DNA of 64,000 nt from Phoronis australis. Taxonomy: Eukaryota; Animalia; Phoronida. The notes beneath the pieces are model-generated. The model was given only the letters and a program-made list of their open reading frames with translations, did no database searches and was not told the DNA's origin. Where the stretch lies: contig NMRA01000401.1 of assembly GCA_002633005.1 (NCBI GenBank), positions 1 through 64,000 on the forward strand, read 5' to 3'. The position numbers and the translations under genes were made by a program. This document shows positions 1 through 13,327 of the stretch, piece by piece. Each line of letters starts with the position of its first letter. The stretch's first letter is position 1.

Positions 1-865
1 GAGTGTCGCTGTTCTTTGAAGTGGTGCGCACGCGTGAGTTCACGCACTTGAATCACTGGAGTAGGCCTACACTTTACATTGGCAACAACGCGTGAAAGAC
101 AAATCATATTTCGCGAACGTAGCCCCAGAAACAAGTAAAGTGTTTGAGAATTTCTTGGCAACTGAAAGCAAAGACGTGACCGTCGTTTGGCGATTAATAA
201 GGTTGTAATTTTCACTTTGGTGACTTAATACGATAAAAAGGAGAAGCACATTTCCGTCTAAGTCACGATTGTCTGCCGGGACCGCTTGCACGCTAACGGT
301 GCCGCAGTGCGATATCAGGGATATTGTCGTGGATATTTGGTACATGTAATAAGGACATCTTATGTGAAAAATAAACATTTTTGTCCACCACAATGTTTGG
401 TAAGTTGATCGCTTAAGAATTAATAGAAACACCATTGTTTTGTGAAGTTTTATCACGTGTTAAGCAGTGGCCCGAAACTTTCTTCCCCGAATCCGGGAAT
501 TTACAAAAGTGGCCGAAAGTGTTAGCCAATGAAACGCGTCAAAGATCGATTCTGCATATCCCATGTTCACGCGACTAAGTCATCGGGAGGGCTGTTCTCG
601 GTTAGTGTTCTTTTGAACTTGTATTTGACAACAACCAAATAACGGTCGGATTAACAAGAGCTGATTCGTATTTGCCTGGTATCTGTTGAGAAGTGTAAAA
701 ACTCAGCTCGCATTCGTTGGAAATTCCAGGTCGCATTTTGCGACTTTATACGAAACACACAAAGCCCACATTTTTCTTGAAAAATAAAATTGTGGTTGCC
801 CCTCCCCTAGTTTACGACATCCTAGATCCACCAATGTTGCAAATGTGTTCGTCTCTCCATTTCAG

Positions 866-932
866 GTAGTTCAGTGCATGGCGGGTTACGAGTGTAAACA
901 TGGAAATTGCTTCCCGGTGAAGTCAAAGCCTG
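866..932 (+). CDS. Penultimate exon of a WAP-domain secreted protein gene (VVQCMAGYECKHGNCFPVKSKPG); earlier exons not identified
   Basis: ttcag acceptor at 861-865, gtatgt donor at 933; Cys-rich frame ending KP-G joins in phase 1 to the WAP exon at 1766. Confidence 0.7.
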
Positions 933-1765
933 GTATGTATGCAGTGCCGTATCCCTAGGTTTACTGACTGAAGCCAGTACAAGAAAGTTTTCATTATACA
1001 AGGAGTGCTATCCCATGCAAATAAATGAGTGTGCCCACAGACTATAATCCATGGTGTGCCCGAGATGTACGACAAAGATTACTACCCAGCCTGTCGTAAG
1101 GTTCTTGCCATTAACACATATTATTGAACCTGCTCTAAATTACGGTGGTTGGCAAAGGACATAAGAATTTATTTTTTCTAACCCGAGTGCCCGACATATA
1201 AGTCGAGTGTCCGAGTTATAAGTAGAGCTCTGGAGTAAAAAATAACAAGCAGGTGTAGACAATGTTCTGTTTGAAAGAAGACTTCATAAGAAAATTCTAG
1301 GTACAGCGCCGGTACTTCTTGCCAAGCAATGTTGGAACGCCGTAGAAAATACTCGAGTTACTTCGCCTGTACTCGTTGTCGCACTGTGTTGTTACTACCC
1401 TTGCTACTACCGTAGTGACCGGGCAACTGCAACTGTGTCAAAGTCAAAAGCTCCAGTTTTTATTCTATGTTCCAGAGCAAGTTTGGAAGCGCGGTATTCG
1501 GGAGGCACGTGTCCCCAATAATTTGCAGCGTTTTGGGGTGGAATAGTGGAGACGGGTAATAGTAGTGGCGACTTTGGGAGCCGGGGGGAGGGAGTGGTTT
1601 GAGATTCGTGACCATCCGGAAAGGGAGGGCGGGTCGAAAGGGTAACAACTGGGAGAGCAGAGTTTGATAAAACTGAATTTGGCTGTGCTGCCAACAGTTT
1701 GTACCTTCCTGACAGACTGTGTTTAACTAAGTTCTACAAATCTGTCTATTTTGCCGTTCTTTCAG

Positions 1766-1893
1766 GGTCTTGTCCAAAGCCAACAGTGGGCATTTGCGTT
1801 AACAGCTGCGAATCTGACTACGACTGCAGAGGAGCTTTGAAGTGCTGTTTTACCGGATGTGGAAAGACATGTACGACAGCAGTTCACCGGTGA
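1766..1893 (+). CDS. Terminal exon encoding a WAP/four-disulfide-core domain (GSCPKPTVGICVNSCESDYDCRGALKCCFTGCGKTC)
   Basis: Canonical 8-Cys WAP spacing (KPGxCP...C...C..D.DC....KCC...CG..C), ttcag acceptor at 1761-1765, TGA at 1891-1893. Confidence 0.88.
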
Positions 1894-3938
1894 ACTCACC
1901 ATACCTAGGCTCCAGTTTTTATACATGCGAGGCTGCAAAGTCGGCACAACTATTACTAATGAAGATGAGATGCGGACGCAGTTTTTATTCCCGTCATAGA
2001 CTCAAACTTTATCTGTTATTCTGTAATGAAAATTTGATATCGAAAGATTTGCATTTTGAAAAATATAATTTGTTAAGTGCTTAACAGTTTAACAAATACA
2101 TACCTGTTAGCCCTTAGTGAGATGTTGTAGTATATTTATGCCAACACACAGACAAAGCCTAGTGCAGAAAATGGTGTTAAACCGTGTATCGACCAAGAAA
2201 CGAAATTTTTATTTAGACCATTTTCCGCGACGAAAAATCATCGCTACTTGGTGCTTGGAAAAGTGGTAAGCAGGTCCTGCGCTTGGTACTGAAAGAACTG
2301 TCACTGAAAACTCCTTACCGCTTGAGACCCCGTCCTGTGCCTATTGAAATGATAGGCCATCAGACACTGACGAAGGATTACTTTTTTGAGTCCACTGCAG
2401 AAATCATCTCTCAATATTTTGAGAAAGTATCCAGTCGAAACCGATCAACTTCATATTTGCATGGCGTAAGACTGTTTTACTGCAGCTCTTAAAGCTGGCA
2501 TTGAACCACGGACTGTCAAAGAAACACATTTAGACCAGATACTGTTAAGATGCTGTTAACTTGATCTTTACGGCACTTTGAGGAAGTGGCCTGTGTGCCG
2601 AGCTTGTAAGGAAATCGGTTTATTGCGTCTTGAAGTATGGATGGCCATTGTGAAAGTGCCTTATGAAGTAAATTTGTTTTTTACGTTCTCTAAGAATGCT
2701 GTATTAAGATTAAGAACTCTCTCCACACTACTTTTGGTTTTCGCTTTTGTTGGCACTACTTTGTCGTTGAAAATTACTTCTAAATTCTGATAAAAAATTC
2801 CACCAAACCTATGACTACAACGCTATCTCAATCACTAAAAATAAAATCTAATTTGAACTATACTTTTTCACTTTATGAGAGCATTTTTGGCATATTGCAA
2901 ACACATTCTCAAAAAGATTGATCCAAAGAACTTCGATGTATTTCAATGTGCATTCCTTGGTGCGGTGTCAGAACATCATGAATAGGCTGATCAACTCTAA
3001 CATGCACGTCGCATTTCATTAACAAAAACATTTTCTCTGGTATTTGAACAGATACTGTACAGTTAAGCACTATATTGGTCACATTGAACAAATTAAACCA
3101 CCAAAGATGACAGTAAAATGATTTTTAATCACAGCGCTACCTAGTGGTGGAATATAAAACTACTTTTAATTTCAAAAACTACCGTTTTGATGTTTACATT
3201 GAAGAAGTGACTAATTTTGAACCGTTTCGACTGAACGAGTAGGGGAAGAGTGGTGACATTTTGTATACTGTAAATATGATGAAGTCGGAATTGTGTGACA
3301 AATGGAACGAAATGCTAATGAGTACAAAAATTCTGGCCATGCATTGATTTGGGCACACCACAGAGACACAGAAAGGCTCCCAGTTCAACAGAAAACTGCA
3401 ACTTGTCAAACTCTGGCCCACTCGTCCTGGTGACCTCCTACGGCCCTTCTCTAAAAGTAAAAAGTCATTTACAATCAGCAGTAGCACTTCTGAAATAACT
3501 TGGGCGAACCTCGTGAAAATATAAGACAGTAATATCAATGGAGCAACAAATTTATTCCATGTTCACTGAGGCATGCAAAAGACCAAAAGTTAAATATTGA
3601 CAAAATCATTGGACTTCTAATCTGTACCCCTAAATTGCTCATTTTGGTTACTTGCAGTGTTCTAATATTTCAAAGACATAATAAAAATGCTTGAAATTTG
3701 ACTTTTGTAGAGTTTCGGAAGTATTGACACGTTCATTCATACAACTAGCAAAATGTGCTTTCCGTGATATTTTTCTTTAAAAAATTGTCTTTAAACGAAT
3801 TATAAGTGTCTGGGTAAAACGTTCACTGCCGAAACTATGTCTGTGGTTTGCTTATGCAGTTTCATGAAACAGTGTTGGTCATACATGTGACCTCGCGCAG
3901 CCTCTCAGTGTAGAAACCAAGCTACTAAACTGCCATTT

Positions 3939-5834
3939 TAGTCGGTGGGCCAAATCTCATAGCGTTCACCCTTGTGAGTACTTTGGGGGGGCAACCTAGT
4001 TTTTTCTATGTGGCTAGATAATATAACTAAAAATCAAATTCCAAAAAGTTCCCACGTCTACACTTGCACATTTTTTTAAAAAAAGGTGTTTTTGTTGCAC
4101 AAAATATGATGCATATTCCTGCCACTTGATGGCGCTTTTCTAGTGAATTGACCAATCAGAGAGCCAGATTGTATTGTTGTGCTTAGTTACTTCAATATGG
4201 CTGCTCCCATGGAATGTGATGTCTGTATAATTCAAGGTTTATCAAACAGCACAAAATTGTGATGTCAGAGCCTAAAGAAGCTTAGGAAAGCTTCCTGACG
4301 AAAGCTGATTGACTGTGGAACTCTGTAGATCAGTAGATCAAAAAGAAGAAGAGGTGTCACAAACGTTTGTGCAGAAAACAGCTGCATGCCCTGGTAGCCT
4401 ACACAGTATACTGCTGAGTGCTATAGACTAGAATACCAAGTGTCAGACCAGAAAATTGAAAGGACATAGAACGGCATAGCAACGTTTCAAGGCACCAACA
4501 GTAGTACTAAAGCTGAAGTTGCTGAAAGTGATACAGATGTTATCCAAGATTTCCCAAGAAAATCAATCACTTCCAAAATCTGAAACACCCAATTAACCTG
4601 AACAAGATAGGAACATTCTGAAACATGAGTGCATCATTTGTTAGCAGGAAAAGTACATTATGGGCCACATTTCAAGAAAGAGAAAGAAGTATAGCTTTCA
4701 AAAACAGGTACGTGTTTTTTNNNNNNNNNNNNNNNNNNNNNNNNNNNNNNNNNNNNNNNNNNNNNNNNNNNNNNNNNNNNNNNNNNNNNNNNNNNNNNNN
4801 NNNNNNNNNNNNNNNNNNNNNNNNNNNNNNNNNNNNNNNNNNNNNNNNNNNNNNNNNNNNNNNNNNNNNNNNNNNNNNNNNNNNNNNNNNNNNNNNNNNN
4901 NNNNNNNNNNNNNNNNNNNNNNNNNNNNNNNNNNNNNNNNNNNNNNNNNNNNNNNNNNNNNNNNNNNNNNNNNNNNNNNNNNNNNNNNNNNNNNNNNNNN
5001 NNNNNNNNNNNNNNNNNNNNNNNNNNNNNNNNNNNNNNNNNNNNNNNNNNNNNNNNNNNNNNNNNNNNNNNNNNNNNNNNNNNNNNNNNNNNNNNNNNNN
5101 NNNNNNNNNNNNNNNNNNNNNNNNNNNNNNNNNNNNNNNNNNNNNNNNNNNNNNNNNNNNNNNNNNNNNNNNNNNNNNNNNNNNNNNNNNNNNNNNNNNN
5201 NNNNNNNNNNNNNNNNNNNNNNNNNNNNNNNNNNNNNNNNNNNNNNNNNNNNNNNNNNNNNNNNNNNNNNNNNNNNNNNNNNNNNNNNNNNNNNNNNNNN
5301 NNNNNNNNNNNNNNNNNNNNNNNNNNNNNNNNNNNNNNNNNNNNNNNNNNNNNNNNNNNNNNNNNNNNNNNNNNNNNNNNNNNNNNNNNNNNNNNNNNNN
5401 NNNNNNNNNNNNNNNNNNNNNNNNNNNNNNNNNNNNNNNNNNNNNNNNNNNNNNNNNNNNNNNNNNNNNNNNNNNNNNNNNNNNNNNNNNNNNNNNNNNN
5501 NNNNNNNNNNNNNNNNNNNNTACAATAGTAAAACATGTAATGTGAGTGTAATATTGTTCAATACAATGGCACTGATGGGACCATATTACTTGTTTTACAA
5601 AAAAGTCACCAAAACTGTTGTTTTTACAAATATAAGTTTACTAAGCTCTTTGGTGATTATTAGGTAACTTCAAACTCAAATTTCTCAAAAATGTGCAACT
5701 TTATATGTGGGAACTTTTTAGATTTTGAAAACACTCTAATAAATGAACTAAAAAACACCAAAATAAAATTGCCCCCCTAAAGTACTCACAAAAACCATTT
5801 TCTAGAGGCCCTACAAAATCTGGCCCACCGACTA
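3939..5834. mobile_element. TIR DNA transposon spanning the N gap, probably Academ-type (TAG...CTA termini, 3-bp TSD TTT)
   Basis: 14-bp exact inverted termini tagtcggtgggcca, further inverted blocks over ~140 bp, TTT on both flanks (3936-3938, 5835-5837). Confidence 0.7.
4721..5520. other. Assembly gap (800 N)
   Basis: Run of N. Confidence 1.
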
Positions 5835-8800
5835 TTTATAGGTGTGTCCTGAAATGAAAGCAGTTATTGGGGAAAACATCGGTCATGCCAAATATGCAGT
5901 AGTTTACATGTTCTCCTTCCTATTATTTCTTTTCATCCAAAACTTTTTGCCATTCGAATTATAATTGTGTTTAAAAATTCAAAACAAGAACAACGTAACT
6001 GTGATCACATTTCTAGCAAACAAGTTGAAGATACTCAGACATTCGGCTTCCTTTCCATTAAAATCAGTATAAAATTAATTTTAACAAAAACCAGCATTAT
6101 CAATACCTATTCTCAAATGATGCGCTTTCAGCATGAACTTATTTTTTCAGGCCGCTGGAAACACTACGAGAAATGCTCTAACTCATGCTATACATATTTT
6201 TACTATCTTTCTTTTCATAGTCAGATTTAAGATCAGCAACCTGGGCTAAACCGTTTTAATGTTATTTTTTGTCCATCAGCCAAGCCTTTTTACTCTGATA
6301 GCCGCGGTAAATGTATAAACTGCCTCTACTATGGGTACAAAAAATGAGTTTCTCAGTTTGTGATTGGTTAATGCTGTTCAAAATATTGTAACAATTTAAT
6401 CCACACAAAAATCGTTTTTAAAGAACATGTACAACATCCAACGGGGGAGGTTTTTAAGAAGTAAAATAGAGTTATTTTATTCATACACTAAAAAATAAAT
6501 TACCAAGTGAAAGTAACCTGGTGCGCATGCCAATTTGTCAGTTTTCCGATCATAACATGCGATTACTGAGCCAACCCCCCAGAAATGATCCGTCGGGATG
6601 AATGAACTGTGTACTTTTGGCTGAACCCACGAACTATTTGTCACGTCTCAAAAAGTACCCTTGGTTTGCTAACAATGGCAACAGAAGTACCTTGACCTCA
6701 ACTTCAACATACGTGTACCTGTCATTTAACGATAACGCCAAGAACTAAACTTGGAAAGTTACACTTGATTCACACGTGATAACGCTCACGCAGACTTCTC
6801 GATTCAGCAAATCAGCGTGAAAATGAATGAACCCACGTTCACAAGCATCTGTTTACATACTTAAGTAGCATCCGGGTGCTAATTTGCATCCGGGTGTATG
6901 TTTAGTCCATAATTCGCTTATGAGCATAAATTTCACTACAGATTCGCTTTTTTTCCTCTAGGGGTCTGCGGACTGCAAATTTCGTTTGCGCCATGCACAA
7001 ATTTGCAAATCCCTCTATGCAAGCGTTTGGCAAATTTGAAAATGCGCACGAGGCTCTGGGTTGTGACAATCGGATCAGATACGTGTCGTAAACCCCACTA
7101 AAGCATTTGGTGAAGTACTCATCGAAATGCGAGCATATTCAATGATCTGAGAGATGGTACTCAATGGAAGGTCGGCTTCATACCCTGAAAGCTATATATG
7201 GTGAATGTCGCAAGAAGTCGTTCGGAGTGCGAATGGAGAAAAGTTATGCAAACTCTACAACCAGTTTGACGAGACCTTATTAGATGAACTCCCAGTCTCT
7301 TCACATGTTTTATTGGTGAAACGTGATAGAACCATGGTAGGCCGCATGAGATGGTGAAATAGGTCAAGAGGTAAAGATACCGGACGTCTAACTGGCAAGA
7401 AAGTGGTGCAAGTAATCGATGACGCCGATGGTGGTTTATAATAATACAATGGTCTTAATTAACTTCGACTGGAGATGGAAAACCTTCGTGCATACAATAC
7501 CCATTAACCCGGAAACAACTGAACTTTTGAGACATACTCAATAACATCTAAACATTTTCTTAGTTTTAACTTTTATCGTACTGTAGTTTCTTACGATGTC
7601 CCTCTATATTGATGTTCAAGACTCACAGACCGTCATTTCTTCAGACACACATATTGAGATCGACTGCAGGTGACGCAGGATGGTACGCAAATCCGTCGTA
7701 TTCACAACGGAGTCATTTGATTTGTGTACCGCGGCCGTAGGAAGCGGAGGGGCACGGGACCCCAAAAAATTTTTCAGGCGTCAGGGTTAAATCGTGGCAA
7801 CCGACATAGGCGTGGGGCCTGGGACAGTCGGGAAAAAAGACTACGAAATACGGATAAGAGAGAAAATTCAAGAGAACGTTTTACAACTCTGTATCAGTGC
7901 ATGGTTTACCTTTTGATGACCCTGGCCAGGACATTGTCGTTAGGGTCTCCGCTTTTGTAGCACAGGTCGTCTTGAAAACGTGCAGGAAATCAATCACACA
8001 TAAATTTCGAAAAATCGAGAAAATTTGTAAAGCGAAACTTTTGCGGAGCGTACTAATTTACTTGATTGTTAAATTCAATAAGTCAATTTTGCGAATGCAA
8101 AGCTATATTTTCCATATGCCCTTCTCTGGCAAGGGATAACGGAGACAACTTTCGCTTTAGTTTTTTCTGGAAACTGTATATTACTTGAGAAAAATTGATG
8201 ACCTGACAAATAACATCAATTGCTGCGCATTTCCTATTTGAAAATATATATATTTTCACATTTAGGGGCCCCGCCCTTGAAGGAGGCCATTGATGACATT
8301 CAAGTGGTCACCGCTCACGTAGAGAGAGCCCAATATTTTCCTGTTTTTGTGAAATAGTGCAACCGGCTTTCATGTTGAAGGAAGTCACTCCGTGTATGGT
8401 TTTGGGACCACACGACGGTGGAATGAACTGTTACTTTTTTCCAAGCTTAATGATGTTTAACCTTTCCTCTTAAGGTGTCACATTTCAGACGGTGGAGCAG
8501 TTCGGGAGAAATGTTCCTTTGTCACTCTGTACATGCAAATCCGACACTGCCAAGTATTCACGATGGAAGTTGAGATTCTAAATTCATAAAAAACACAAAA
8601 CATTCTTGCACAGCACAGACATTCGATCCAAACAACCAAAAATGTGGAAAAAATATTGCAGGATTGCCTATATCAAAAGAGTGGAATTTTGAAGAACGTG
8701 GAGACCGCTATTTGTGAATAACACAAAAAGACTATTTCCGGTGATTAGTTATAAAATAATGTTACTGTTTCCCATAATATCACAAGAATGGTATCTCTTT

Positions 8801-8874
8801 TGAAGATGGTTACTATGAGTTGTTGTAAGGAATTCCCACATGTAGAAAACACTGCTGTCTAGGCTACTATTTGA

Positions 8875-9055
8875 CTTCCTAAAACCGCTCTGAGGTGGTG
8901 GCGTATTACAATTAAAATCTCTTGGTCTATTTACACCGACCTCTAGTCTATATACACTGTCAAGACGTTTCGGTCGGTCTCTTCTCCGGCCATCGTCAGG
9001 TGTTCCCGCGTTCTTAAAAGAACGAGCACGGATACGTGGTACACTCATGGTGAGC
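8875..9055 (-). mobile_element. Penelope-like element pseudo-LTR fragment
   Basis: Closely matches 61441-61580 and (inverted) 61843-61924, which lie next to a GIY-YIG remnant; contains a hammerhead core. Confidence 0.75.
8961..9002 (-). ncRNA. Minimal type I hammerhead ribozyme motif, stem I mismatched (probably decayed)
   Basis: Minus strand CAC-CUGACGA-U-GGCCGG-AGAAGAGA-CCGACC-GAAA-CG-UC-UUG. Confidence 0.55.
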
Positions 9056-10042
9056 AAAAATACACCCTAAAGTAATACGGATGCACCATCTCCCATATTC
9101 CCCCGGTTACCCGTCAAAAGTCTGCAAGCATGCATGCAGAAATTGCTTATAACAGTCCGTTTGGATAAACAAATTCGTTGGTTTCTGATTTACTTGTTTA
9201 TGTATCTACGAAAATCGATAGATTCATAGATGATTTTTGACAATTAGAAGCTAATCTTGTAAGAATTGATGATGTTTCAGTTAATTTAATTGCAACCTGA
9301 AGTTGTAAAACACTACAATCCTATCCCCAAATAGTAACGTACACTTATAGACGATTTTTTGCATACCTAAAATAACTTGAAGAAATTCGGACTCACAAAC
9401 CGTAGATAGGAAAAACGTTTTAAAAATCCTTAATAAACAAAATCAAACTCATTGCTTGGTGTTTTTAGTTTCCAATAGTATTGAGCAATGGTTCTTAAAA
9501 ACTGAATTGATTGCTCGTCCTTATTCGCGTGCACGTCATGACTGACGTACCCAAGTTAAAAATAAAATGTAACCATACAGTGGGCCCACCCAGAATCTCA
9601 GTAATCCAAGGAAACTGAATTTGAACTCCAGGCGTTCAGGAAGTGTATGCGTTTTTGGGACACTCTATCCCCTTCCCCAGTCACCAGAAACTGGACTGCC
9701 GGTCGTGTTTCAACTAGGCATTTTGAAACAGCCCCAAAGGCATTATACCAGGGACTTCGGGACCTCACCTTTTCAAAAAATTCCTTCAAAGAATGACCTT
9801 CCCGAGACTGGATCACAATAAAACGAATCTTGACCTTAGAGCGAGCTCAGACGGCCGGTGAATCACAGCTGAGCTGACCATCAACTAGCTTTTGTTCATC
9901 GGGAATTTCATATTTTCACACTATTAGATCTCAGTTATAGCTACTTGAGGCAGCTCCTCGCTACCGGTCCGTGTACTGGTACTAGGCCCATATTTACTCT
10001 CCGTGTTGGTTCACGGTTACTCAACTCTTGATGGCTTTATCC

Positions 10043-10198
10043 CAGGGGCGGATCCAGGATTTTGAGTTGGGGGACAGGGTAGAGTATTATCCAGGGTTTT
10101 ACCCATCAGAAATTTGCACCCCCGAACTGCCAAGTGGAATCTGGGAGAATTTTAGGGGGTCATGGCCCCTTGGCCACCTCTAAATCCACTGACCACTG
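10043..10198 (+). mobile_element. hAT-type MITE (CAGGGGCGGATCC...CCACTG family)
   Basis: Homologous copies at 34501-34657, 42277-42429, 56006-56304 share termini and internal sequence. Confidence 0.8.
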
Positions 10199-10322
10199 TG
10201 CCCCTCACTTAGGGCGGACGTGGGAGATTCGGTAGAACTGAAACATGGTGGCATCGGGAGCACGGGGCGAGGGGTGGCGGAGATGGTGGCCGGATGGGCG
10301 GGGGGGAGTTGTTTGGCAAAGC

Positions 10323-11560
10323 CGGTAGCCCTCAAATTTGTCTTCATATGCCTGAGCACAGAAAATGATGTCTCTGCCTCACAAGATACAGTAGAGGATA
10401 CACATCCTACATGTATCAATATCAGCTCCCTGGCGTTCTTAAAGATGTCGCAGTCTGCGTGTTTGAGTGGCAAGCAAGTCACTTGGCAATTCCTCTCGAC
10501 TTAGAACATTCCAAAAGGACCGCCAGCGTCTGAATTCTCTAGCTGAAATAAGAGCAAAAGATATGGGTACTTTTTATGTTTCTACTATATCGGTAATTTA
10601 ACAGAAGACACAACGTGTTACTACTCAAGATGCCAATAGTCAGACGGGAGTCAGTCACATTCAGGGAATCTGGTGAGGGCAAGTCTACGTCTCAGAAATG
10701 CATCCGATCCTCCAGTGAACCTAAGTCTGCATCCCTCATCCTGCTATCTACTAATGGCAAAAGGGACATGACAACTTCCCCCTGCCTGTTGTTTTTCGAA
10801 AACCTGGTGGTCAACTGCTGTGAGAGGCTTTCCCACTGTTCTTCTGTAATACTTATTGGAAGAAACAAGTATTGATAAAAAATTTAATTAAGCACTACGT
10901 GACATAGATTTTGGTTTCTAGCATATAAAGAGGCAATTGGAAATACAAACTAGAATTTAGAATTAATTTTGTGCGCTCGTAGACCCTGTGCTTTATTGGG
11001 TAAATTTGGCATGTACGAAAATAGATTTCTTTTTTCGCTTTCATTGTACACGAGCATCAAAGAAAACCGACATTATGTATAAGATGTGTACAATTATAAT
11101 TTATTACCTTTAACTAGGATGTTTAGGCAGGAACTTTAGCCCTATGCTTCTGGTGTCTGGACAGCCGAGAAAATCTGGATATCGAATCCAATGTTCTCAG
11201 CTATGGTTTGCGCTTCTTGGAATCATTCAAACCAAACATCTTTGATGTTTGTTCCCAATGCTCGCACTTTGTCAGCTGCTGTGTCAATGAGCTTGTAAAC
11301 CTCTACAATGTCAGCATCTCCTTTCTGCAGCTAGTGCCCCTGACCTCTGAGCCCCTTGGGGTTGTCAAGTCCCTTCAGAATGGTTACGAACGCAAGAATA
11401 TTTAACCTGTTCTTTATGCACTGCCTCAAACCAAGTGCTTTTGTTGACGATGTATCCCAGGACCAATTTGCATTTCTTGCTATTTTGCTAATAAACGTCC
11501 AAATATCCGAACACTTGAAACCCGAAGATGTAATACCAAATAACGCCAATGGGCATGGCG
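10323..11560 (-). pseudogene. Decayed, intron-containing hAT transposase including the C-terminal dimerization domain
   Basis: Fragments WSWDTSSTKALGL..., LQKGDADIVEVY, DLPSPDSL, EFRRWRSFW, DIFKNARELILI...VSCEAETSFSVLRHMKTNLRAT; stops and frameshifts. Confidence 0.8.
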
Positions 11561-13218
11561 GTAATTCCTGATATAGAAGACGGCACTGACCGTTTTTGCG
11601 GGTAGCACGACGGTCAGTGATGAGGTTGGAATCAGGACTCCTCATTTGCTGGGCTGAAATGAATAGTTAGGGGGCTTATTGAACACACTATTTAGTCCCG
11701 CAAGACTGCTAAGAAAGTAGGCTACAGCCTATAACCGCAATTTCTGGTACTCTGTACGCTCTTCGCGAGTGCGGTCACCTTGTAAATGTGTGATCCCCCC
11801 GGGTTCATTCCTTGTATAGGCCTAACTTGCTAGGGTGTATCTTGAAACGGACTCGCGACACACAGCGTCTGCCCGACAATGGCTTTTACAAGGGTACGTC
11901 AAGCTGTTCGATCTTCGGAAATCGAGTTGATTGGTTTTTAAAATAAACGCATTACATGTACACAGTATGTTTATTGCGCAAGACAACTTTAGTCAAATTC
12001 ATTATAAACGTGTGGAGTGTAATAGCATGACAAGGCATTTCAGATGAGTTAAAAACGTTACACGTTGAGTCACCTGAATATCAGGGTGCGGTACCACAGT
12101 AAGGGTACCACAGTATTTTCCCTAATATTAAAGTTTAGATCTTAGAGTAAAGACGCTAAGTTACCTGAAAAAATCAGCTATAGGTCTTTGATTTTTCCTC
12201 AGTGGATCCATTTAAAGTGCTTGGCTACTTCATACTGACTCGACGGAAGCGTATACTCTGACGTCACCGATAGCGTGCGAGGCCTTCCCCCCTGCCAGTC
12301 TAAAGGGTCTGTGCAGGGAGACAAAATTGAACTCCGCGCAACTTACCTATGAGTGACGAAAACTCGGAATACGTTGTTTTTTGTGATTACAGCAAACCAT
12401 AATGCAAAGAAAATGTATTTTTTCAGGGTGAACACCCCTCAATTATTTAGAGATGGTTTAACTGGGGTTTAGCCACGCCGGTGGCGCCCTTTTCGTTTCG
12501 CTGGCGAAGTTTTTTATTTTTATTTTTTGATCCTGTCCCAAGGGGGGGGGGCGGTTTAAACCACCTGACCTCCCCCCGTAGATCCGCCACTGCACGTAAT
12601 CAAACTTTTTTTTCGAGCAGTCTTGCGTTCCGTTGCCCAAATCGGCAACTGGCAAATTTTACTCCTCTATTTTCACCACGCCCGCCCTCTTTAGGAACCG
12701 TCTTTACTGGGGCCATCTAGAGGCCTCTACCATATTTGCAAAATCCAATGTCAAAAGCTGTCTGTTAATGAAATCGACTACAACCGAATGAAATACACCG
12801 CTATAAGTTGAACAAAATCAACATCATTTTAACAGACAACACTTCAACAGTTGTTCGGGAATTTTTCATCAAAAATACTGTGACGGATTTTCTGACGCGA
12901 AGGCGTTTTTCTTTTAGTTTTATATGCAGAAACATCTGCACAACCAGTGAGCCTCAACAAAACCGTGGTCCCTGCTGTTTGAACACCACGTGACCTCGAG
13001 GTACAGCCGTACTCTGCAGGCTCAACGTGTCGCCAGTCAGTGCAGATCGATAGTTTAGGTGTGATATGTCCCAACAGTACTACCCCCCGGACCCCCAGAA
13101 GTTACGCCCCTCACGTAGGCCCTACGCGGTGGTCTGGGTATTTTCCAGCGACAGATCATGTCTATGTCAACAAGGGCCACTGGCTAGCGAGATAAGATAT
13201 GACTAGCCACTAGATGAG

Positions 13219-13327
13219 TATAAATAGTCGGGGACTCTGAGGACAATACGTCAAAACTGCGCAGAATCCCTAACGATGACGTTACCAGCCAAACGTAATC
13301 AAACCAGAAGAAGGCGAACGAAAAAAG
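13219..13327 (+). promoter_or_regulatory. Candidate MTHFR core promoter (TATAAATA at 13219) and non-coding first exon
   Basis: TATA box in a CpG-rich stretch; AG|GTAAGA donor at 13328; the first coding exon is preceded by an acceptor at 17064, so an upstream exon is needed. Confidence 0.4.

Noticed and set aside
4625-5667. Four ~300-aa ORFs in the ORF track
   Set aside because: Artefacts of translating through the 800-N gap
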